From the human T2T-CHM13v2.0 reference genome, Homo sapiens, in assembly GCF_009914755.1 (NCBI RefSeq), contig NC_060925.1: a stretch of DNA of 64,000 nucleotides; one strand, written 5' to 3'. Position numbers and translations under genes: made by a program. The notes beneath the pieces are model-generated. The model ran no database searches. It had not been told where the DNA came from and worked only from the letters and a program-made list of their open reading frames with translations. This document shows, one piece after another, positions 1 to 12,660 of the stretch (positions are counted from its first letter, which is position 1; each line of letters starts with the position of its first letter).

Positions 1-17
1 AGCAGAACCATGAGAAC

Positions 18-250
18 AGTATCATATGGTGGTTCAGACATCAGACTGCAGAGCCCCAAATCGCAGTTCTGCTGCGCACTCACCTGTAACCTCGAGCAAA
101 TTGCTTTCTGTGCCTCAGTCCTTTCAACTGCCAAAGTGGGGATCATCATTATATTTATCTGGGTGGCTGTTGTGAGGATTGAATGAGGAAGCCCACATAA
201 AGCATGGTATGGATTGCTGACACATCATAAGTGCCCGATAAATTTTAGCT
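18..250 (+). mobile_element. MIR SINE relic
   Basis: MIR core 'ctgtgcctcagtcctttcaactgccaaagtggggat...gttgtgaggattgaatgag'. Confidence 0.8.
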
Positions 251-1304
251 CTCATTGTTATCACTTACTGTCAAACACGGCGCCAGGGACAGTGCTTTAG
301 AATGCATGAACAAAATAAGAAAAGAAATAAAACTGTGTGTATGTATATATAAATTGTCAGCTATAAGAAAAACAAATGGAGCCAAGATTAAATAGGAAAA
401 GATACGGTGGCTACCGATTGGACTTGACAGTGGTCTCAGCTTTGCAAAGGAGGCTGTCTGTATTGGTTCCAAATGCCATTCAGGAAAGATTAGGCTGAGC
501 CCTAGTGAGAACACTAGGAAGGTTGACCAGCCATCCCATTGTGGTGCATCCGCATAAATTAGGCACCCAGATCATCCCTTCCAAACATAGATTTTCGTTT
601 GCCTTCTTCCACAATCTGCAGAGAACAGATTGGCACTAAATATGTACATTGCCTTTATATTTCCCCAGAGAAAGAGATCGATAAAGCCCCTGTTGGTTTG
701 CAGAGCATGGGTTTCATTGTGGGCCAGGTCCTTATTTTTAGTACTGGATCTCTTGCTTTCTGGACCACACTGCTGCATAAGATCCCTCTCCGAACCCCTT
801 TTATTTTTATTTTGAGCCACTCTGACTTTGAGGCCCATAATGATGCTAAACAAAATTCTCATTTCAGTAGAATGGGGGCTTTGTTCCCTATCACAATCGT
901 CCATCTTGGTAAAATGACTTACAACAGCTGCTCGGAGAAGTAAAATCTGATAGAAACAGAGTGTGCATAGATATAAACATAAACATTGGTTTCTATGGAA
1001 ACAAAAGTTGCCAAGCGATGGCTAGAAGACCTAAAGAGCCTGTATTCCAGGAATCAAGTGCTAAATATATAGTCAGTGCATCCGCCAGGGATCACACCAG
1101 TAACGCAGAATTCTTTCTGAGAGTGGAACAGAGTGCATATAAGATTTTGGCTAAAATAGACACCACCTAGCAGAATCAATATGAAGGAGAGATGTCTTTT
1201 CTTCCCCAAATTGAAACCGTATTTCTTTTCTTAATTGAAAGCCTTGGGGCAATGAATCAAACACTGATGGAATTCAGTCAACAATTACATCCATGGGCAC
1301 CTCA

Positions 1305-1826
<522 letters not shown>

Positions 1827-1864
1827 TCAGGTGTTCCCGAGACAGCCAACCAGAGAGAGCTCAT

Positions 1865-1985
1865 CTGTTCCCGTCACTATTGCTGTGCAACAGATTACCC
1901 CCAAGACTTCATGACTTAGAAGGATCTTCTCATTAGGCTCGCAGATTCTACGGATCTTCTTATTAGGCTCGCAGATTCTACGGGT
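1865..1985 (-). mobile_element. MLT1 (MaLR) LTR fragment containing a 30-bp tandem duplication
   Basis: 'ctattgctgtgcaacagattacccccaagacttcatgactta' resembles an MLT1 end; 1922-1951 is repeated at 1952-1981. Confidence 0.6.
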
Positions 1986-2348
1986 AACGTTGCCACACCA
2001 AAGTTAAAAATATAATAATAAACTACGGATGAATTTTAAGACCTTCCTTAAACAATTTCAAATTTTTAAAGAAAATTCCCTACTAGACGGATAATAGTTT
2101 ATGGCCTCATCATAGCAGCAACCTGGTGGAATCACCTGGTTTCAATAGAGGCGCTCTCCACTAGTCAGCAAGCCCACATGACATCAAGAGTTGCCGTAAG
2201 TGGAGGGCTTAGAGGACCCAAGGGTCCAGGCACACATCATCCAGCATTTATGTAGAGCGCTTAAAGCCCAGTATAAGAGTAATTATGTTTGCTCTTTGGA
2301 CCTCGCCCGTTCTCCCTTCATGGTTTCAGAAAAATCTCGGCCATAATA

Positions 2349-2362
2349 GTCACCATGGTAAC
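2349..2362. promoter_or_regulatory. RFX X-box motif
   Basis: GTCACCATGGTAAC matches GTNRCC-N2-RGYAAC; forkhead-like TGTTTGC at 2286-2292. Confidence 0.45.
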
Positions 2363-2724
2363 AGCAACATCTGCAGTGGATCCAGCCTGGAGGATATTTA
2401 AGGATCAGAACCCGATCAGACAGGAACAGGTCCCATCCTGGGTGCAAGCAGGAAACTAGGAAGGGCATTTCTGGGATCATTGCTTGCCTGTTCTGTCCTG
2501 TAAGAAAGCAGAGACCACAGCACTGTGCAAACAGAGCTAAGGGCTTATTGGAACCAGTGGAAATTTAGTGCAAGGATGACAGGGAATAGGTTAACAGGGC
2601 AGTGAGAAAGGAAAAGCGTATAGTGTTAGCACGGAGGTACTATGATGTGTGAAGAGTTTAAACAGTCTCTGAAGCACAGTGTACCACCAAGGTATTCTAG
2701 AGAGTGCTTTGCCATGGGCAAATT

Positions 2725-2955
2725 CAACTACTATTTATTAAAGGCTGACCGTGCTCCAGGCCCTATCATGGTGGCTTACACGTATCATTGCATTTAGTTT
2801 TATACTATATCCCTACAAATGTGGTAGAAATGTGGTATGACTATCCCTGTTATATAGATAATGAAATCCAGGCTCAAAGAGGAAGTGACTTAGCTTAAGT
2901 CAAAGCTGGGATTCACACCTAGATCTTTCTACCACTCAAGCGCATGGTCTTTCCA
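2725..2955 (-). mobile_element. MIR relic
   Basis: 'tatagataatgaaatccaggctcaaagaggaagtgactt...gggattcacacctag'. Confidence 0.7.
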
Positions 2956-3520
2956 CCAACCAGTGTGGCATGTCCATGATGGATGGAGATGTGGCCCAGC
3001 TCACCAAATGGGTGAAACTGCCATGGCCTTTACGCATGTGAAGCCTCCTTTGACAATGTTCTATCTGAAATGACATCAGAGAGGTAGGCGAGGAGCCTCG
3101 TAGGGCCGTGGAAAAAGATTAAATTTCATTCTAAGAGCAAAGAGACACACCTAAGTCCATTCTCTCATTCACAAATGATTCCGTGAGCTTGCATCACACG
3201 CCAGGCCTGTGTCTGACACTGGAGATACAGCAGTAAACAAGACAGACAATGCTGTGTCCCCCTTTTCCTGGAAGAGGCAAAAACCAAGCAAGCAGATGAA
3301 AAATAAATACACACTCATCTTATGAAGAAAACAAAACAGAGTGATGCGGTATAGAGGTCTGAAGGATGGAGAAAGGGCCCTTTTTGGATAGAGAGATCAG
3401 GAAAGGCCTTTCTGAGGAGGAGATATTTGAACAGAGACCTGAAGAAGGAGATGGAGCAAGCCATGCAAAAGCTGAAATAACATTCCAGAAGGATTCATTA
3501 GTACAAAGGCTCAGAAGTCA

Positions 3521-4113
<593 letters not shown>

Positions 4114-5817
4114 ATATAGTGAGCTCTCTCAGGAATTGATTCTGAGAACACTGTAAAGTCATTGAAGGGTCTTAAGCAGGGAGTGACATGAACTAATTTA
4201 CATTTTTTAAAGATTATCCTGGCTGCTGTGTGTAAAATGGATTGTGGTGAAGAAAGAGAAGAAGCAAGAGAGAGTCAATGTTGATCAGGCAAAGGATGAT
4301 GATGGCTTGGCTTAGGGGGTGGCTGTGAGCTCAGAGAGTAGACTGATGCAGGATACACGTTGGAGGCAGACTCAACAGAGCTTCTAATGGACTGGGAGGT
4401 ATGGACAGAGGGAAATTGGAAAATCAAGGATGACTCTGAACAATTCAAGAGCAAATTCTCATCTGCTTTTTATGCCTAGGGAAGCTTCTTAGATGTCAAA
4501 GTTGTCTTAACTAGACCAAGAGGTCTCTTCGTCGCTCAAGATACATGATTAATCTTGGTGGCCATTGGTGATCCTCCTCAATTCTGTAACCTTCACCAAT
4601 ACTGTACAAGTTGACCACTTACATTATTAACACCATGGGCTTTAGAGTTATCTGCGGGGGGTGGGAGGGTGGTCCCAGTTTCTATGTTGCATGTGATATT
4701 CATTCATTTCCACTCACTCTGTTGGAAACCAGAAATAGCAGACAGCTGAGACTCTAGATGTTTCCATTTGTCAAGCCAGTTTTGAAAGATGAGGTTGCTT
4801 TAAACCTGAGCTACAACAAACTTTACCCAGGAGAGACACAACAGTTCATTAAGTTCTTGTGGGCTTAACTAAGAGAGACACATATTGGAGCCAAGAAGAA
4901 TTTATTAGCTAAACACAGCCTTCCATTGCCAGCCCCAATCACTTCAGGGAGTAGAAACTAGTAAAAGAGAGTTTGGGGAAAGAATTTAGGGAACAAATTC
5001 TAAGTATGGCAGAACTAAACAAAGAAGCCCTGTGTCCCACTGATCTGTGTATAGCTTTCAAGACACTATCCCTACTGTATGCTTTCACAAAAGCAGAAGA
5101 AATAATCACAACACATTTATCATTCACCGGGCAGAATTATTTTGGCAAGAAATCTATGCCCTGGAATACATTATACTAACGGACAACATATTCTGAACAA
5201 TGTAGATTTTCAAACCTGGTAGGTGCTTATGCAACCATGTCAGGCTAAGGGACTGAGTGATTATGTTATTATATGTGTATCAAATATTTTGGATAAATAT
5301 TAAATGATCCACAAAGTCAGATCTTGTTAACACAGGAAATGGAAACCAGCAGCTTCGACAATCATGTACTAAAAAGCCAGACTGGGAAGAAGAATTCAGA
5401 ATGTTCTGGGTGGAAAGCTGCATTCAACATAAATAAACGCATTAGTTTAAACATCAGCATTCTAAAGACTGAAACAAAGCTGCTTATCCACTATGCATAA
5501 CTCACACGGCTGGAGGAGGCCATGGAAGAATTTTTCAGGGGGTGGAAAGGGAGGTCAGGATGGAATTCTTCTGGAGAAAATGTGGAGGGCACGCTGCTGT
5601 TTTCCCTACTGGCACAAATGCATGTTGACATCCAGCTTTCTTCTCAGATGCTACGAGATTCATAGAGTATCTTTCTCCCTAGGAATCCACAGTAGACCAC
5701 AGCACTTAGGATGATTTGTGTGTTCGCGGGTCAGGAGAAAGGAGTTTGTCCAGGACATCTCCTGTGGCCGCATGTTAATTTGGAAGGACGATGTGAATTT
5801 ATGTCTAATTGGTAGTT

Positions 5818-6059
5818 GAGGGCAAAGTTTCTCCACCTTAGCACTATTGATATTTGGGGCTGGATCATTCTTTGTTGTGGGGCGCATTGTAGGATGTCAT
5901 TGTAGGATGTTTGGCAGCACCCCTGGCCTCTACCCACGGGATGCCAGCAGCACTCACCGCCCACTGTGACAAACAAAAATGTCTACAAATGTTGACGAAT
6001 GTCCCCTGGGTGGCGCAGAGCCCCCCCACCCCCACCCCAACCCTAGTTGAGAACCACTG
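5818..6059. mobile_element. MER20 DNA transposon
   Basis: 'gtttctccaccttagcactattgatatttggggctggat...cctggcctctacccac...gttgagaaccactg'. Confidence 0.85.
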
Positions 6060-7588
6060 AATTAGGCTGCATGGGTAGATTCAGGACATTAGCCTATTAG
6101 CAAATCTACTGACTCAAGAAAGCACCAACTAGCTCCAATTCCCTAATTTCACAGGCAGGAAAATAAAGCCCCAGAAAAGCTAAGGCCCATCCCCAAGGTC
6201 ACACAGTTCGCCGGGGTCACTAGAACACAGCCTGCCGGCTGCTGTTCCGACACCCACTGGCACATTCTATGCCCAGATTCCACCCTGCTGGGTTTATGAG
6301 CGAAATTAAGATGGAGATAAAGTCAAAGAGCAGATTTTCTCATTCCTATTCATGGCAGTATTTGCAGAGAGGTACAGGTTTATTCAGATCTGACAACCAG
6401 GACGGTCCTCTTCCGATGACACCTTCCTTGGACGATCAGGCCGGCTCTTCTCCTGCTGAGAGAAGTAGCGTCCCTCTCTTTCTCGGGTCTGAAAAGCAGG
6501 CAAGTTTAGAGTGCATTCCCTTACCAGGTTGTTTTCCTAATCAGCCCAAGTAACAAAAAGGGTTCCAAAATATCACATATGATTGAGATTGCTTATAAAA
6601 GATCTCTTTCTAGTTTGGTTTCCCCAGCTCATTATCCACAGCCTTGGGAAAGCTGGCCTGCTTGGGGATGTCTCCAGGCACACTCCCTTTGGCCCTTTTC
6701 CTTAGAATCATGTCCAATTTCTTCTGCCTTTAGGAAAAGGATATTAGGGCAAACCGGCTTCTCCTTCAGGCGTGGTATAACTTATTGTCTTAAGCCTCTG
6801 TGTTAGCCGGTCCCTCTCCTCCAGCCTTTGGGAGGTTTCTCCGACTCCCACAGTCAGAAGCAGCATCAGAGAGAAATTGCTCAAGTTACCGATAAATCCC
6901 CATTCTTTTGTTGATAGACTTCTGTTTAAACCTGGGCCCAGGCTCACTGGGTGGCTGGGAATAGCAGCCATTTTCATAATCCTCAATCACAAAACCCAAC
7001 AAGCTTGTGTTATGTGTACGAGTGTTTCTGACTAATGAATTGCCAAGCTAAAGAACGGGGAATCTCTAGGTCTAGTTTTTTCCGTCTTTCTAAGGTACAG
7101 CAGAGGGCCAAAGAGAATCAGATTCATGAAATAGAAGAATTGCAAACCTGTCTCTTGAGCTCTGATTAACAAAAGAGAAAACATGCCCTAAATGCCGGAT
7201 ATTTTATACAGACTAGATGTTGAAAACATATCATAGTAAGCATTTTAAAATTGGGACCTTATTTCAACTTTACATCCTAAAATGCTGCTGTTATGGAGGG
7301 TAATTACATAATAAATTTGTTAGGGGAATATACAGCAATAAAAATGGTGGTAATGGTTTGTCATTTAACAGCTGAATTGTAAATGAGTTTTTCCGCATTA
7401 ATGTAGCAGGTTGCTACAATTAGAAGATCATTCTTAGAGGTGTCTTTAATTTCTAAAAAAAAAATTTCTGAGATTCAATATCATTAATTTTCTCATTTAA
7501 AGATACTACATATTTAACCATTTGAAGTCAGGGACATTTGAGTTTTTGAGGCATAAGCACCAGCTGAGCCGAAAAAAAATATTTTTTA

Positions 7589-8445
<857 letters not shown>

Positions 8446-8499
8446 CTCAAATTGCAAAAGTATAGCAAGAATCTGTGCCTGTATTAGTAATTCCACCCA

Positions 8500-8745
8500 G
8501 GGAGTCAGGTAGCATAATGGTTAAAAATACAGGGTCAACCACCCACTAGTTATACGGTCTTGACAAATGACTTCAACTTCCTGAGCCCCCTTCCTGAACC
8601 TCATTCATAAAATGGAACTAATAAACCAATGCACCTGATACAATTGTTGTTCCATGCAGGACACTGTTTTGTGTTGATGGATGAAGTCAGATGACATATG
8701 CTAAAGACCTAGCAAAGTCCGTGGCTCACAGTGTGAGCTAAAGAA
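8500..8745 (+). mobile_element. MIR relic
   Basis: 'gtagcataatggttaaaa...cttgacaaatgacttcaacttcctgagcc...ataaaatggaactaata'. Confidence 0.65.
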
Positions 8746-9359
8746 ACAGTGGCTGGGACTTTTGCTGATGTCATCATTCACATAGAGTATCCCATTCCTC
8801 TATGATCATCTTACTCTTTTTATCCTTTTTATTTCACACTGTGCTCCATTTCCAAACCTTTGTCCCCATGTACCCAGTTCTTCTAGAATGGACAAAAATT
8901 AGAAGACAGATTTTTCCCTAAATCCACCTGACACTAGGTCATAATTCTCTCTCTTACCAATGAAATCAGGAAAATGAACATTTAATGACCTTGTGCTATC
9001 AACTCTCTCCTACATGATCTTGCTTAATCCTTAAAGCCCCCGACACACCCAGATTATCCTATTTTCAAGTGAGAGGACCGTGAATTTAAGCAACTTGTCC
9101 AATGTTCCTCAGCTAGAAAATGGCATAACTGGGATTCCAATCCAATCGCTGTAGGAAACAATCACTGAATGCCTGATACTTGCGAGGCAGTGTGAATGCA
9201 GCAGGAGGGATGGGAGCAGGGCATGTTCATGACATGGAAGCGGCTGTCAGTCCCACCGTATGTGGGAACCACACAGGCCCATAAACAAAGCACTTGGGAA
9301 ACCCGGAAGCAGCAGAATCTTCAATGCAGGAGCTGGCTTCTGCCTCCCCTCCATCCTTC

Positions 9360-9810
9360 TCCTGTTCTACCATCCCGGCCTCACTCACTGAGCTCCAGGC
9401 CACTAACCTCCTTTCTGGTCCTCAGCCACACCCTGTTTAGGGGCTGCCTTAGGGGCTTTCCCTGGAGCCCTTGTCCCCATGAGACCTTCATTGCTGTTTT
9501 TTCTCAAGTCTTAGCCACTACCACCTCACCAAGTCTTTGTGACTGCTTGACCAAAGGGCTCCCCCTTCCACCACCAGCCGTTTTATAACCTATCAGTCTG
9601 CTTGGTTTTCTTCATGGCTCAAATGGTTCTTACTTCTCCTGGAAATGCTTCTGTTCATGCATTGGGTCCCTTGCTTATTTTGCATTTCTCCCAACTAAAA
9701 AGAAATCCTAGACCCAGCATGGTCTCACGTAAGCTCCATGAGACCACAAAATCCTGTGTGCCTTCTTTACTCCTTCTTTACTCCTGTATCACTAAGGCCT
9801 AAACAGGAGA
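9360..9810. mobile_element. L2 relic
   Basis: 'cctcactcactgagctccaggccactaacctcctttctggtcctc', 'taagctccatgag'. Confidence 0.55.
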
Positions 9811-10026
9811 TTTTTCTTTTAACAGAAAAATAGTAAATTAGTAAGATGGTACTCCAACTGCCTGGCCAACCAGGTTCTAGAAACTGTGTTCTGGTCTGAA
9901 TTCTCAGGTGTTTCGCTTGAGCAGCAAGTCGAACGTAAATTAACTGAAAAACAGCAGGATTTAGTCTTTCTGTCTGCTTCTTTGATGGTGCTGAAGGTTA
10001 GAGCAGGTTACAGAGCAAAATAACCA

Positions 10027-10364
10027 GCTCTGATGTCATTCCCTGCTCTCTCTCATGATCTCTCTGCCCTCCTTTTCTCTGTGTTGGCTTTACTCTCTAA
10101 CAGGCTCTCCCTCGTGGTGGTAAGATGATCACCAGCATCAGCAGCATCTCTTCTCACCGGCAGATCAGAGTGGTTTAGGTGAACTGACCCAAGCCCTTGG
10201 ATGTAGAGAGAGGAACAAGACCTAGGCCTGGTCAACCAGCATTTCCATGCCCTTGACCACAGTGATTGGCTCAGAGATGAGCACATGACCCACGTCAGGC
10301 TAATGAGACTCAAGTCTATGAGTTTATGCAAAGTGTTAGGAAGCAGAGTTCTCTTCTGCGAGAA
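10027..10364. repeat. Rearranged local copy of the adjacent LTR (inverted segment plus direct segment)
   Basis: 10027-10146 = reverse complement of 11078-11197 (5 mismatches/120); 10145-10364 is a direct copy of 10819-11049. Confidence 0.92.
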
Positions 10365-10739
10365 ACAACAGACTCTTAACAAATATTTACTGAGTCAAGG
10401 GTCAATGAATGAGTGACTGATGTTGGAGTCATTTTATTGTATCAAGGTATTTGTCTTGTATGTTTGAAGCTCTGACTCTGTTCCCAACTGTCAGCTCCTT
10501 GAGGGCAGGCACCATGCCATCTCCCTTCCTATTTCCAAAGGGGGAAAAATAAATCAGTCCTTACCTATTGGTTCCTGTCCTTTTCCCATCCACAGCTCCA
10601 TTTCTCTAACAAGAACCAGCCTTCTTCTTCTTTTCTATCACCTTCAATTTCTGCACATAGACTTTCTCGGTAAGAAAAGGCAGTCAACAAAATGTGTGTT
10701 TTAAATCATCTGTGTTCTCCTAGAAGTAAAGAATCTCAT

Positions 10740-11318
10740 TGTAGTGGTGGTTGTTTTGCCTGCCAGGTACCCATTTACTAGTTTTCTGATATAAAACATT
10801 GCTCTTACTTTAGGGAACCATCTCTTCTCACTGGCAGGTCACAGTGGTTTAGGTGAACTGACCCAACCCCTTGGATGCAAAGAGACAGAGAGAGGCATAA
10901 TACCTACACCTGGCCAACCAGTGTTTTCCATTACCTTGGCCACAGTGATTGGCTCAGAGATGACCGTGTGACCCATGCCAGGCTATGAGACTCAAGTCTA
11001 TGAGTTTATGCAAAGTGTTAGGAAACAGAGTTCTCTTTTTCTGTGGGAATCGTGAAGCTCGTAGAATGTAAGCAAGTTGCTGCTGATGCTGGTGATCATC
11101 TTACCACCAAGAGGGAGAGCCTATTAGAAAGTAAAGCCAACACAGAGAAAAGGAGGGCAGAAAAATCATGAGAGAGAGCAGGGAATGACATCAGAGCCCC
11201 TTGATCCAGCCACACCCGAAGCTAAATCTGCCCCTGGACTTTCCAATTTGTGAGCCAGTAAAAATCCCTTGTTCTAACTTACTCAGTTTGAGTCATTTCC
11301 AACCAAAAGGTTAATGCA
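10740..11318 (+). mobile_element. ERVL LTR16-type solo LTR
   Basis: 'ccttggccacagtgattggctcagagatg...gtgaccca', 'aagccaacacagag', 'gatccagccacacccgaagc...cccctggactttcc...tgtgagcca'. Confidence 0.7.
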
Positions 11319-11983
11319 GAAATCAAACTGACAATAAGAAGCCTGGAACACATGCCTTAGCGCCATTTGTGACTCACAGCATGAGCTTAAGCTCTTCCAG
11401 TCCTGCACAGACAACAAGTCGGGCTACAATCATGAGAAACACCTTAGAGCAAAAGCTGGAAATATTTGGGTAGAAAAGAACATTTGTTTATCTTCCAGCT
11501 CATACACAGTGGATGTGCAATCCTAATCTCTTTTTAAAGGGCAGTTCTTTGGAACAGGATGCTGCTTAAATACCAGGTCCACACAGCTGCCAAGAGGAAC
11601 ATCATCCAGTTATTATTTTTCAACAGCAGTGAAGTGGATGGATGGCTCCACATTTTCTCATTGCCATAAAACAAAGCAGAAGAATATAAGCCATTTTAGC
11701 TGTAAGTGTGTGCTCAGCCCCTGGGAACAATGAGAAGGAAATAGAGTACAGGAAATGAAGCTAACATTGCCAAGCACCTACTGTCTGTTTCAGAATGAGT
11801 GATGGGTGTTTTACACTCATTTTTGGGATTGGAGTTCTGGGTTCAAGCCCAAGGTCTGCCACTGACTGGCTACAGGACCTTGAACAAGCCACTTATTTGC
11901 TCTGGCCTTTCACGTTAAATGGGGTAGTTAGTCTCTGTCATTATCAGAGAGCCATGCTTGGTAACTGGAGTCTTTTTGAAGGC

Positions 11984-12281
11984 TTTTTTTTTTTTTTTTT
12001 TTTTGGGCAGAGTCTCGCTGTACCACCCAGGCTGGAGTGCAGTGGCACAATCTCCACTGCAACCTCCATCTCCCAGGTTCAAGCGATTCTCCTGCCTCAG
12101 CCCCCTGAGTAGCTGGGACTACAAATGCGCACCACCACACCCAGCTAATTTTTGTACTTTTAGTAGAGACAGGATTTCGCCATGTTGGCCAGGCTGGTCT
12201 CCAACTCCTGACCTTAGGTTATCCGCCCGCCTCAGCCTCCCAAATTGTTGGGATTATAGACATGAGCCACTGCACCCAGCC
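11984..12281 (-). mobile_element. AluS
   Basis: Poly-T followed by antisense Alu dimer. Confidence 0.92.
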
Positions 12282-12464
12282 TGTTTGAAATCATTTTTAA
12301 AGAAAAAGTAAGAAAGCATTAGGAATGTCAGCTGATTAGAGTCCCAGGTGATGAATTTGCCAAGGAAGAGATGATCTGCTCTCGTCGCTTCATCTACAAT
12401 ATTTGGGCTGATGAATACAGCCTTCCCATTGCTGTTGAGCTGTGTGACAGTGCTCGTAGGAGCT

Positions 12465-12660
12465 CCTGCCCTGACATCAAACAGCCCGGCTTCCCGTCCA
12501 GGCTCCAGCACTACCACACTGTGTGTCCTCCATCAAGCCTCCATTTTCTCATCAGCAAGATGGTGAAAATACAAGGCTATTAGGAGAATCAACATAGATA
12601 CTATATTTTGAGAGCTGTGCACAGTGCCAAGCACGTAGGTGCTCAATAATTGCTAGTAGT
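12465..12660 (+). mobile_element. MIR relic
   Basis: 'gcctccattttctcatcagcaagatgg...cacagtgccaagcacgtaggtgctcaataa'. Confidence 0.65.

Noticed and set aside
6489-6525. Minus-strand donor-acceptor pair
   Set aside because: Only ~36 nt apart; too short for a spliceosomal intron
12345-12583. Protein-looking ORF (DEFAKEEMICSRRFIYNIWADEY...)
   Set aside because: No recognisable family, weak splice context, and the 3' half runs into a MIR
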